The notes under the pieces were generated by a model. It was not told where the DNA came from. It made no database searches and saw only the letters and a list, made by a program, of their open reading frames with translations. From an uncultured Prochlorococcus sp. (GTDB lineage: Bacteria > Cyanobacteriota > Cyanobacteriia > PCC-6307 > Cyanobiaceae), in contig CACGKI010000001.1 of the NCBI GenBank assembly GCA_902573565.1, forward strand, positions 2,038-66,037: a stretch of DNA of 64,000 nucleotides, written 5' to 3'. Shown piece by piece: positions 19,513 to 28,350 of this stretch. Position 1 is the stretch's first letter; each line of letters begins with the position of its first letter. The position numbers and the translations under genes were made by a program.

Positions 19513-20175
19513 TCAATTCTTGCCATAAAATGTTGTCCTAAGTTTCACTTCCAACTTCTCATTTGGATTATTATCCTCTTTATTAAGATTCTGGTTTGAT
19601 AAACCTAAATTTATCTCATTTACTAGTACTACACTCTCCTGAAATTCTAGTTCTCTTAAAAAAGAAAGCAGATCGGTAAAGTTTGATTTTAAAGTTAACT
19701 CTATTATATATTTTTTAGAACCTTCAACTAAAAGCGGATCGATTATTAATGGTTCATTATTTGAGGATTCATCTAAAGTTTTTCTTTTATCATTTGCAAC
19801 AAAGCTCATAATTTTTGAAGGAACTATAGATACAAATTCAATATTATTTGTTTTACCTAAATCTCCTAATTTAGAAAGTAAAGTTTCTAAGTCTGATTGA
19901 CCAGTAACTAGCTCAATTATTTTTAATTTTTCTTTATTTAATTTTTCAAACTTTTGATTAATTGTTTTGTATTGTAATTTCAAGTTGTCCAAGTCATTCT
20001 TTTTTTTGATTAAATCCTTTAATTCAAAATTTACTTTATTCGATTTAATATATTGAGGCATTACAAAAAAAGTTACTATAAAAATTGATATTCCTGCCGA
20101 AATAAAAACTGGGATAAAAGATGCAGCTTTTTCTGGTGTTAAATAGTTTTTTCTTGGATTAATAGAATTAGTCAT
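19513..20175 (-). CDS. pilO: PilO-like pilus alignment protein
   Basis: 220 aa with one N-terminal TM (FIPVFISAGISIFIVTFFVM), a coiled-coil and a C-terminal alpha/beta-like region. Position after pilN-like. Confidence 0.5.
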   Translation of the reverse strand: MTNSINPRKNYLTPEKAASFIPVFISAGISIFIVTFFVMPQYIKSNKVNFELKDLIKKKNDLDNLKLQYKTINQKFEKLNKEKLKIIELVTGQSDLETLLSKLGDLGKTNNIEFVSIVPSKIMSFVANDKRKTLDESSNNEPLIIDPLLVEGSKKYIIELTLKSNFTDLLSFLRELEFQESVVLVNEINLGLSNQNLNKEDNNPNEKLEVKLRTTFYGKN

Positions 20176-20184
20176 CTTATAAAT

Positions 20185-20874
20185 CTAATCAATATTTTCT
20201 TCAATATTTTTTAAAATAGTTAATCTATTAAAAAGTCCAAATGATCCAAGCTTAGTTAAATAATTCTTATTAATCTTTTTATAGTTTGTTGCAACTTTCG
20301 TATTTATTACAGCTAAAAAACTTTTATCTTCTGAACCTGAATCTGAAACTTTTATTTCTTTTAGATCAATATCATCAAATTCAACCAGTTCAGAATTATT
20401 TAAGTTTAATAAGAAAGAATTTAAAGATCCTAAGTATTCTTTATTAGAAAGCTTGGCTTTAATAACAAGTTTATTACCTAAAGAGGCCAGCTCTAAAAGT
20501 TGAATATCTTTTGGAATTATTAAAGCAATTTCCTTAAATAAGGCTGAACTAGAACTTATATTTATTATTGAATTCTTTAGTTCATTGTTGAATTTAGAAA
20601 TTTCTTTTAATTGTTTTGATTCTAGATCTAAATTTTTTTCAAGAAGATCATACTCATCAGTGAAAGCTTTCAAATTATTTTTTTGATTTTCTAAAAACTT
20701 AATTCTGAAGATAAAAGGGATTCCAAGTGTTAGTGATATTGACATTAAAATCAAACCATAAAAAATACCTCTTTTAATATATTTCTTAGTATCAATAAAA
20801 TAAGGCTCATTTAAATCATTACCTCCCCTCCTCTTTCGAAGTAAATCAATTTGTTTAAAATTACTTTTAACCAT
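20185..20874 (-). CDS. pilN: PilN-like pilus alignment protein
   Basis: 229 aa. N-terminal QIDLLRKRR resembles the PilN INLLP motif. Single TM, then coiled-coil. Confidence 0.55.
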   Translation of the reverse strand: MVKSNFKQIDLLRKRRGGNDLNEPYFIDTKKYIKRGIFYGLILMSISLTLGIPFIFRIKFLENQKNNLKAFTDEYDLLEKNLDLESKQLKEISKFNNELKNSIINISSSSALFKEIALIIPKDIQLLELASLGNKLVIKAKLSNKEYLGSLNSFLLNLNNSELVEFDDIDLKEIKVSDSGSEDKSFLAVINTKVATNYKKINKNYLTKLGSFGLFNRLTILKNIEENID

Positions 20875-20900
20875 TTAATAATTTAATTTTTTATAAAAAG

Positions 20901-22814
20901 TCATTTATCTTTAAGAATTCTTGGTGTAACAAGAATGATTAACTCACTTTTTCTTTTCTGAGTTGAATTATTTCTAAACAAGTTTCCAAGAAGTGGTATA
21001 TCTCCCAGAATAGGCACTTTAGCAGTTGATACGGAGTCTGAGTCTTGAAGTACTCCAGTAAGAATTAACGTATCCCCATTTTTTACCCTTATAGAACCCG
21101 TATCTAATTTCCTTACACTTAAAGTGTTTTGTATCCCACAGCCTGAAATCTCAACTGATCTTGTAACCGAAGAAATAGCAGGACTTAATGCAAAACTAAC
21201 AAATCCATTATCATCTATCTTTTCAACCTTTGCTCCAAATGTAATTCCAGCAGTTCCTTCCTGCGCAGTACATGTAACTACACCTTCATCAGCAGTTTGA
21301 GTAAATCCTGTAACCACGGTTTCACCAACTTTTATAAAACCCTCATTTTTGAAAGGCCTACCAATTGATGCGGAATTTAATCCGTCTCCTACTGAAGCAG
21401 CCCCAGAAGTAAGAGCATTTGGATTCTCTCCAAGAATTAAAGTAGGAGAAGCTAAGACCTTTGCATTTTCATTGGTTATTTTAGCCTCTAGCCAATTTAA
21501 AAAATTACCTTCAGTTAAACCTCCAGCAATAATATTTGGAACATTGGCGGTTTCAGGCGGATTGGCTGGAGCAATATTTGCTGTTACTAAACCAAGACCT
21601 CCTCTATTAATAATTCTTGTATCACCAGTTCTTAGTTCAAAAACGTTATTTTTTATATCGGATTTTGTTAGTGAAACATCAATTATTTTTATAGTTAAGG
21701 CCACTTGTCTATGACGAACATCAAGGGACCTTATATACTTTTCAGCAGTCTTCATAAGATCTTTTGAACCTATTAATGTTATAGTTTGCAACCTTAAATC
21801 AGCAGTCCCAACTAATCCAAATAAAGGGCCTTTACCAATTCCATACGAATTAATATCTTCATCCTTAAATTCCTTTTTATTCATTAAACTATCTCCAACT
21901 TCTTGTCCATTAATTGAACCACTAATTAACATTACTTTTGAAATTTGGGCTCCTAATGTTGAAAGGTAATCAGCAACTGAAGCAGCATTAACTTGATTTA
22001 ATCTAAAAGTCTTGGAGAATTTTGGCATTAAACTTTTGTTTAGAATATTTTTTCCGATAAAAATAATATTATTTTCTAAAATTGCCTGAAAATCAGCAGA
22101 AAGCAAAATACTGTTGAAAACATCAGAAATATCAACATTTTGAAAATTAGCTGTAATCTTAGCTTTGTTAGAACTTTCCTCTTTTGAATTCTTATCATCA
22201 ATAATTATTATTCCATAGTTACCCAATTTACCAATTAAATGCAAAGTCTCTAAAGCATCCGCATCTTTTAGATTAAGTGAAATTTTCTGCTCCGATAATC
22301 TTACATACCCTCTTGATGGAACTTTAAATTCGCTAGAAGATATGACACTTCTTGAAGGCAAAGGTAATTTATTAATATTTTCATGGTTAACTTTATTCCC
22401 ATTCTTTAAGTTCTTTTTATTTTTATATTTCTTATTTGATTTTTTTCTAATATTAATTGATCTATTATTTTGAATATTATTATTTTTATCTACTTCATTA
22501 AAGTTGCCATTTTCATTAGGAATATTTTCTTGTTCATTCTTCAAATTATTAATATTATTGAGATCAAAAGTTTCTTCTACAAATTTCTCTAGCCTTTCTG
22601 CATCTCGGCTAAGAAAATTATTTTCACTATTATCTTTATTTGATATTAATGTCTTAAATTTTCTATCGAATTTTGAATGGAAGTTACTTTTTTCTAAGTT
22701 ACCTGTTCCTGTTTTTCTATTTTTGAAAGAATAAGAACTTATTATCAATTGATTAAAAATCAACAAACAAATTAAAAGTATTTTTCTTTTTTTTATTCTT
22801 GAAAAATTTCCCAT
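20901..22814 (-). CDS. pilQ: Type IV pilus secretin
   Basis: 637 aa. C-terminal secretin signature VPILGDIPLLGNLFRN...ELIILVTPRIL, an N0/STN-like segment, and an N/K-rich low-complexity N-terminal region after a signal peptide. Confidence 0.85.
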   Translation of the reverse strand: MGNFSRIKKRKILLICLLIFNQLIISSYSFKNRKTGTGNLEKSNFHSKFDRKFKTLISNKDNSENNFLSRDAERLEKFVEETFDLNNINNLKNEQENIPNENGNFNEVDKNNNIQNNRSINIRKKSNKKYKNKKNLKNGNKVNHENINKLPLPSRSVISSSEFKVPSRGYVRLSEQKISLNLKDADALETLHLIGKLGNYGIIIIDDKNSKEESSNKAKITANFQNVDISDVFNSILLSADFQAILENNIIFIGKNILNKSLMPKFSKTFRLNQVNAASVADYLSTLGAQISKVMLISGSINGQEVGDSLMNKKEFKDEDINSYGIGKGPLFGLVGTADLRLQTITLIGSKDLMKTAEKYIRSLDVRHRQVALTIKIIDVSLTKSDIKNNVFELRTGDTRIINRGGLGLVTANIAPANPPETANVPNIIAGGLTEGNFLNWLEAKITNENAKVLASPTLILGENPNALTSGAASVGDGLNSASIGRPFKNEGFIKVGETVVTGFTQTADEGVVTCTAQEGTAGITFGAKVEKIDDNGFVSFALSPAISSVTRSVEISGCGIQNTLSVRKLDTGSIRVKNGDTLILTGVLQDSDSVSTAKVPILGDIPLLGNLFRNNSTQKRKSELIILVTPRILKDK

Positions 22815-22850
22815 AAATAATCTACCATTTTCATCTTCTTAAAAAATGGC

Positions 22851-23216
22851 TCATTTTTTAATATTATAAATTATTTTATTTATTGTCATATCATTTAATT
22901 TTAATCTATACATATTACGTATATAATCTGAGGATTCAATTATAGCTAAATCAGGATAATAAGAATTATTAGGAGGTTCTAGATTGTAGCCGAAAAATAA
23001 CTTTAATTGACTACTTACTTGGTCATAATTACTATATGATATTGATTTTTGTCTGTATAACTCTTCTAATTCATTTTTTTGATTCCCACTTCCAAATAAA
23101 TATGAATTTTCTTCTGACTTAGCTCCTAAAAAATTATTCATAAAAAAGATCAAAAGAATAAAAAAAAGATATTTTTTGTATTCATCTATATGGGATATAT
23201 TCCTTAAAACAAACAT
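22851..23216 (-). CDS. Hypothetical secreted protein, first ORF of the pilQ transcription unit
   Basis: 121 aa with a signal-peptide-like YLFFILLIFFMNNFLGA|KSE. 36 nt upstream of pilQ on the same strand. Confidence 0.4.
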   Translation of the reverse strand: MFVLRNISHIDEYKKYLFFILLIFFMNNFLGAKSEENSYLFGSGNQKNELEELYRQKSISYSNYDQVSSQLKLFFGYNLEPPNNSYYPDLAIIESSDYIRNMYRLKLNDMTINKIIYNIKK

Positions 23217-23345
23217 GAATTAGATATTACTTACTATTATCTTAACATTTATCAAAAATCATAATCAAAAAAAATTTATATCCATTAATTAATATTTTTA
23301 GTTTAAAATTTTTATAGTGTTTAATAAATTAAAAGAAATAATTTT

Positions 23346-23615
23346 ATGAGCTTAAGAAAGTCAAAATTAAATAGATTATTTAATTTTATATTTTTTTTAA
23401 CAGGTTTATCATTTGGCATCATATTAATATGGCCAGGGGTATTGAAAAATGATAATAGAAGATGTTTTTATAAGATAATAGTTGATGGAAGTGATGGGAA
23501 AGTAACTATGTCAACTATTTTATCCATAGATCCTAATAGCCTTATAAAAATAAATAATGCTAAAAATAAATATAAAAAAATTTTACTAATTGGTGATCAT
23601 TGCTTCAGAAAATAA
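23346..23615 (+). CDS. Hypothetical protein with N-terminal TM
   Basis: 89-aa ORF only. Confidence 0.3.
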   Translation: MSLRKSKLNRLFNFIFFLTGLSFGIILIWPGVLKNDNRRCFYKIIVDGSDGKVTMSTILSIDPNSLIKINNAKNKYKKILLIGDHCFRK

Positions 23616-23959
23616 AAATGAAATTTAATTCAAATTTAAATTTTCCACAAGAAAGTATTCTAGGATTCAAGATTCTAACTTCATTTCAATCCTCAATATC
23701 CTGTTACTTACTATTACTATTTGGAAAAATACTAAATCCAAAATTTGGATTCAGCCAGATTCAAATCTTAACTGGTTCCTTATTTAATATTATTTTAAAT
23801 TTGAGCATAGTTATATTAATAATTAATCTCATTATTAAAAGAAGGGAAGTACAAAAAATTTCCTTTATTTTTTTAAATTCATTCCTATTTATTTATTTCC
23901 CATTAGCGGTATATTTTATTTTCAAATATATGAAGTATTTAATATTAAGCTTTTTTTAA
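23600..23959 (+). CDS. Hypothetical polytopic membrane protein
   Basis: 119-aa ORF with 3-4 hydrophobic segments. A palindrome hairpin at 23967-23983 follows. Confidence 0.35.
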   Translation: MLQKIKMKFNSNLNFPQESILGFKILTSFQSSISCYLLLLFGKILNPKFGFSQIQILTGSLFNIILNLSIVILIINLIIKRREVQKISFIFLNSFLFIYFPLAVYFIFKYMKYLILSFF

Positions 23960-24276
23960 AAATTTTTTAACCTCTGAGGTTAAATTTAATCTATCAATAA
24001 ATTGAAATAAGGAAGATTAAGAAGGATATATGAATACATATTTTTCTCTTAATGGTTTAACTAAGAAGCAAGCTTTAGTTAATTTTCTATTTTAATAAAT
24101 AAAATTCTAAATTCTGTTAAGAAAGATAGTATTAAAAATTATTATTACTATTAAAATCATCAAAATGATAATAATTCAAATAAATATTATTCAATATTCC
24201 TAGTTTTTTATATTAATAGACTATGAAATCTTTTTTATACTATAATTTCAAAGTTATCAAAACTGAATAACCCCCT

Positions 24277-24363
24277 GGAGGGGTGGTCGAGTGGTTTAAG
24301 GCTCTAGTCTTGAAAACTAGCGTGTCTGCAAGGGCACCGTGGGTTCGAATCCCACCCCCTCCG
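24277..24363 (+). tRNA. tRNA-Ser (anticodon UGA)
   Basis: Folded by hand. Acceptor GGAGGGG/CCCCTCC plus discriminator G. Anticodon stem CTAGT/ACTAG with loop CTTGAAA. Long variable arm GTGTC..GGCAC. T-arm GTGGG-TTCGAAT-CCCAC. Confidence 0.92.
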
Positions 24364-24448
24364 TTTTAATAAAAAGGTACTCAAGTTAAACAAAATAATA
24401 TAAACGCCTTTTTGGTATGTCTTTGTTAAGATAAATTTTATTTGATTA

Positions 24449-24649
24449 ATGAGTAAAGGATTCGCAACAGATAATTTAAATTCCAAAAAATCGAAAAAAA
24501 AAGTCATTTCAAATGAACCTCAAGGAAGATTAATATCTTGGTCTCCTTGGCCACCTGCTAATTTTCAGACAAAATATCCTGCTTTCCCTTTTGTTCTTAC
24601 AATATTGATCATAGTAATCGGGCAGTGGTATCTATCTCTACTGAGATAA
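24449..24649 (+). CDS. Hypothetical small protein with C-terminal TM
   Basis: 66-aa ORF only. Confidence 0.3.
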   Translation: MSKGFATDNLNSKKSKKKVISNEPQGRLISWSPWPPANFQTKYPAFPFVLTILIIVIGQWYLSLLR

Positions 24650-24702
24650 GATATATGGTTTTTGTCTTTAAATTTAAGATGAATTGAGTTTGAGAATTTA
24701 TT

Positions 24703-25287
24703 TTGTTTTTTTCAATTTTGTTATTAGCCCATTTTCAGGCGGCAATAATCCCAATATTATTAGGTATTAGATCGATCAATAAATTCAGACACATAAGCAA
24801 GAACAAATTGATACCTTTCGGTTTTATTTTTTTAGGATTGGCATCGATTTCTGAAATGATAGATCATACCCAAACATCTTGGATTTATGTAGATCACTCC
24901 TCTTTATTTAATTGGTTATTTTATTCTTTCCTATCATTAGGTCTAACTTGTTTATCAATATCAGTTATTAAAAATAAATTTATTCAAAAAACTAATATTT
25001 GTATTTCTTTATGTTCAATAATCTCATATTTTTTATTTAATAAAACTATTGCTCTCCTTTTTCAAGTAATAATAAGTATCCTTCTAATTATAAATTGGCA
25101 AAGAGTTTTTAAAGATTGGCTTTTTATTCTTTACCCAATATTTGGTATTATTTTCACGACTTTCTTTGGCACAAGGCTCTCAATTAGTGGCGATCAATTT
25201 TGGCATGTTTTAATAGGCCCATCTGGAACAATTAGCGTTCTTACCTTTTATTTAGTATTAAAGAGATCGGACAAAAAATTTACTTAA
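24703..25287 (+). CDS. Hypothetical polytopic membrane protein
   Basis: 194 aa, about 6 hydrophobic helices. TTG start as called. Confidence 0.45.
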   Translation: MFFSILLLAHFQAAIIPILLGIRSINKFRHISKNKLIPFGFIFLGLASISEMIDHTQTSWIYVDHSSLFNWLFYSFLSLGLTCLSISVIKNKFIQKTNICISLCSIISYFLFNKTIALLFQVIISILLIINWQRVFKDWLFILYPIFGIIFTTFFGTRLSISGDQFWHVLIGPSGTISVLTFYLVLKRSDKKFT

Positions 25288-25294
25288 GATTCTT

Positions 25295-25624
25295 ATGAAA
25301 ATATTTGTATTTGTAAGTTTTATAGTGTGCTTAGTCACAATAATCATTCCAGTTGAAATCTTTGCTGATACGGCACTTGATGTTTATATGAATGATTTTT
25401 ATTCTAAATCCTATGAAGCTAGCCAGATTCTTAAAGAAATCGAAAATAGTCTAAAAGAGGGATCAAGAAAAAAAGTATGCTCTAGGCAAAGAGAGGCAGC
25501 AAGATTAGGTCTATTAGCTAATAAATCATTAATTAAAGCATTTGAAATAGAGGGGGCTAATCCGCCAATGCAAGTAATAAAGGCAAGTCAGAAAAGATGG
25601 GAATCTATTCTGAATGAGTGCTGA
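25295..25624 (+). CDS. Hypothetical secreted protein
   Basis: 109 aa with an N-terminal signal peptide. Follows the previous ORF by 7 nt. Confidence 0.45.
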   Translation: MKIFVFVSFIVCLVTIIIPVEIFADTALDVYMNDFYSKSYEASQILKEIENSLKEGSRKKVCSRQREAARLGLLANKSLIKAFEIEGANPPMQVIKASQKRWESILNEC

Positions 25625-25651
25625 AGAAGGTCAGTAAATCTATAAATCTTT

Positions 25652-26086
25652 TTAAATTTGCATTCTTACAGATTTACTAATTAAGGGAATTTCAGGTTCA
25701 ACCCCATATATACATTGAGAAATCGAATAAATAAAAATACATAGTGTAAAAATAAATATTATTGAGACTAATTCAACTATGGGAAATATTCTCAAGAGAT
25801 ATGAAATTATTATCAAAGCAATATCAATAAGTAATGCTTGGCATGCGTTATATCTAACGAAATAGGGAACATTTGGATTTCTTACTAATCCAGCAAATAA
25901 AATTATAAATAATAAAAAACTACCAAAAGGCAAAGATTTTTCTATTATTTCTATCGGGAAAGTTAGTAATAATAGTATTTTTAAAAATGAATATTTATAG
26001 AACAAATAATATCCAAAAGGTATTGATGCCTTTAATGGCAAAGTATACAAAAATACTGATGAGAGTCTCTGGAATATCTGATTCAA
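25652..26086 (-). CDS. Tic20-like membrane protein
   Basis: 144 aa, 4 TM. The motif YFVRYNACQALLIDIALII resembles the Tic20 family core. Confidence 0.5.
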   Translation of the reverse strand: MNQIFQRLSSVFLYTLPLKASIPFGYYLFYKYSFLKILLLLTFPIEIIEKSLPFGSFLLFIILFAGLVRNPNVPYFVRYNACQALLIDIALIIISYLLRIFPIVELVSIIFIFTLCIFIYSISQCIYGVEPEIPLISKSVRMQI

Positions 26087-26218
26087 TATATTATTGAAAT
26101 TTTGTATTCATATTTTAACCTAATTTTTTAACTTAATAAAAAGAATTACTTTCGAAAAAAACAATTTTGGCAGATTGTTTTTAAATATTAGATAATTTAT
26201 TCAGGTTCATTATTCAAA

Positions 26219-26608
26219 ATGCGTATCCTACATACAATGTTGAGGGTTGGAGATTTAGAAAAATCTATTGATTTCTACGTCAATAGATTAGGAATGAATT
26301 TATTGCGAAAAAAGGATTACCCTCATGGAAAATTCACTTTAGCATTTGTTGGTTATGGCTCAGAAAAAGAAAACACAGTAATTGAATTAACTTACAACTG
26401 GGACAAAAAGTCTGAAGACTATGAGCTTGGAGATAAATATGGTCATATAGCTATTGGAGTAAAAGATATTCATCTAATTTGCCAAGGATTAGAAAATAAT
26501 GGTTGTAAAATAACAACCAAGCCTAAAACAATGAAAAACAGTACTACTGTCTTGGCTTTTGTTGAGGATCCAGATGGGTATAAAATTGAACTTATTGAAA
26601 GAGATTAA
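26219..26608 (+). CDS. gloA: Lactoylglutathione lyase (glyoxalase I)
   Basis: 129 aa. [20 protein letters not shown]...GHIAIGV...[11 protein letters not shown] is a typical VOC/GloA pattern. Confidence 0.85.
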   Translation: MRILHTMLRVGDLEKSIDFYVNRLGMNLLRKKDYPHGKFTLAFVGYGSEKENTVIELTYNWDKKSEDYELGDKYGHIAIGVKDIHLICQGLENNGCKITTKPKTMKNSTTVLAFVEDPDGYKIELIERD

Positions 26609-26830
26609 AAGCTCAGAAGTTTTTAATTAAATAAACAAATAACTAAAATTTAAAAAGATTAAATCATCAAATATATCGTTTTCAATTAGCGAAAAAATAC
26701 CTCTAAGATCACATTGGATAGATTCTGGAGTTTCAATTATTGTAAAAGATTATTTCTAAGATGAGGAATTATTAAAAATAAAATTTAAATTTTAAACAAT
26801 CTATATTAAATCTATTTAGAATACATAGAC

Positions 26831-26844
26831 AATCTATATAGATT
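26831..26844. promoter_or_regulatory. Perfect 14-bp palindrome AATCTATATAGATT (candidate operator)
   Basis: Self-complementary, 31 nt upstream of the ATG at 26875. ACAATCTATAT also occurs at 26796-26806 as a direct repeat. Confidence 0.4.
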
Positions 26845-26874
26845 TATATATCATAGAATTATCTCATAAAGCTT

Positions 26875-27372
26875 ATGCCTAGTAATTGGTCAAAAATAAG
26901 AGATGAATGGCTTGATAGAACCGCGGTTGCGAAAGATGATGCTAAATGGGCATTAGAAGCTTTAATTAATTCTGAAGAAGAATTATTTGAAATAGAACAA
27001 AAAATAAAGAATAAAGAGGACGCTATAAGCCAAGTAAAATTTTTGAAGAAAAAGGTTAAAGAAACTATTTCTTCTAAAGAAATTAGTCTCGACGATATTG
27101 CATTAAATACTTCAAATTCAAACAAAGTACAGATCTCAGTACCATCAAATCTTACTTATCTTTTGAAAGTTTGGGCCGCAGCTGAAGGAAGAGATCTATC
27201 AAGTGTTGCTTTTCAATGTTTAGAAACTGGTATAAGGGAAATGAAAAGCAAAGGTTCAATACCTTCAATAGCAGTAAATAGATATGACTCGGCCTGTCAA
27301 AAGAGGATTGCACTAGCAGAAGTAAACAATCTATTAGATAAATACGAATTAGCTCAGGATGAAATTAAATAA
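26875..27372 (+). CDS. Hypothetical protein with C-terminal ribbon-helix-helix-like domain
   Basis: 165 aa. VQISVPSNLTYLLKVWAAAEGRDLSSVAFQCLETGI fits the CopG/Arc beta-alpha-alpha pattern. N-terminal half looks coiled-coil. Confidence 0.45.
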   Translation: MPSNWSKIRDEWLDRTAVAKDDAKWALEALINSEEELFEIEQKIKNKEDAISQVKFLKKKVKETISSKEISLDDIALNTSNSNKVQISVPSNLTYLLKVWAAAEGRDLSSVAFQCLETGIREMKSKGSIPSIAVNRYDSACQKRIALAEVNNLLDKYELAQDEIK

Positions 27373-27374
27373 TT

Positions 27375-27767
27375 ATGAATAACAGAAAAATCATTAAAGG
27401 ATACAAAACATTAAAATCATCAAGATTTAATGTAGATACTTCTATAGATAAATTCAAAGATGGAATAATTTATACTCTTTATTCTGATGAATTTAATTCA
27501 CTTAAGGTTGGTTTTGCTGAAAATGATAAGGTTCTAGAAAAAAAATTATCCAGTGAAGGATTGATTTTATTGGATATGAAAAAAGGCAACAAGAAAGATC
27601 TATTTTTATTAATAACTACTCTAAAAGAACTTGGTATCAAATATTCAGACAATTTTTATCTCAAATACTCAAGTTCTTTAATGAGACATTTATCAACTTT
27701 AGGTTGGCCTGTTGGAAGATCACTTTATAAACAAAGGAAGATTAAAAAAGAACTTGTATGTGCATAA
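27375..27767 (+). CDS. Hypothetical protein (weak T5orf172/GIY-YIG-like N-terminal motif)
   Basis: 130 aa, 2 nt after the upstream stop. GIIYTLYSDEFNSLKVGFAEN pattern. Confidence 0.35.
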   Translation: MNNRKIIKGYKTLKSSRFNVDTSIDKFKDGIIYTLYSDEFNSLKVGFAENDKVLEKKLSSEGLILLDMKKGNKKDLFLLITTLKELGIKYSDNFYLKYSSSLMRHLSTLGWPVGRSLYKQRKIKKELVCA

Positions 27768-27769
27768 AT

Positions 27770-28243
27770 TCAAATATAATCACACTCTAAAGTTTCTCTG
27801 GTTTCTCTATTTGTGATTGGATTAGTTCCAGTTGCACTTTCACAAAATTTCCTAATAATATCTTTTGGCAAAAAAACATTTGTGAAGTCTGCGCCTTGTA
27901 TTTTTACATTTTCAAACTGGGTACTATAAGCAAAAGAATCCTCCAAGTTAGTATTTGATAAATCTGTTCCATCTAAAACAGCCGAGTCTAAAGTTACTTC
28001 TCTTAAGTTGGAGTTACTTAAATTAGTATCTTTCAATTTTGCTCCATAAAGAGTCGCATTTTGGAGCTCACAACCTGACAAATTTGCATCTTGTAAATCA
28101 GTCAAATAGAAAGTTGCTCCTTTTAAATCAGATCCAGAAAAATCAGCCCCTACCAAAGATTGTTTCCCATAATCCAAAGCAGCGAAGCTTCTAGAAGGGA
28201 GGGTTAAAACAACTATTAAAAAAGTTAAAATTATAAATCTCAT
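27770..28243 (-). CDS. Secreted pentapeptide-repeat protein
   Basis: Signal peptide, then about 20 A(D/N)LxX pentapeptides (ADFSGSDLKGATFYLTDLQDANLSG...). Confidence 0.85.
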   Translation of the reverse strand: MRFIILTFLIVVLTLPSRSFAALDYGKQSLVGADFSGSDLKGATFYLTDLQDANLSGCELQNATLYGAKLKDTNLSNSNLREVTLDSAVLDGTDLSNTNLEDSFAYSTQFENVKIQGADFTNVFLPKDIIRKFCESATGTNPITNRETRETLECDYI

Positions 28244-28350
28244 TTGTTTGAGTATTATTTCAATAAATTCTAACTTCTTAAGCTGAAATCTAAAAATTAA
28301 TTATTAACTGAATGCTATATTTATTGAAATAGCAAATCATGAAATAGGTT

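Noticed and set aside
23346-23959. The 89-aa and 119-aa ORFs overlapping by 16 nt, considered as a frameshifted pseudogene.
   Set aside because: There is no recognisable family spanning both parts. Each has its own start and hydrophobic N-terminus, so evidence for disruption is insufficient.
24304-24507. 67-aa minus-strand ORF.
   Set aside because: It overlaps the hand-folded tRNA-Ser gene, and its C-terminus is simply the tRNA read in reverse.
23216-24700. Integrase, att repeat or mobile-element remnants flanking tRNA-Ser.
   Set aside because: There is no recombinase-like ORF, and I could not find a second copy of the tRNA 3' end by eye. A computational repeat search is still needed, so the island idea is kept only as a hypothesis.
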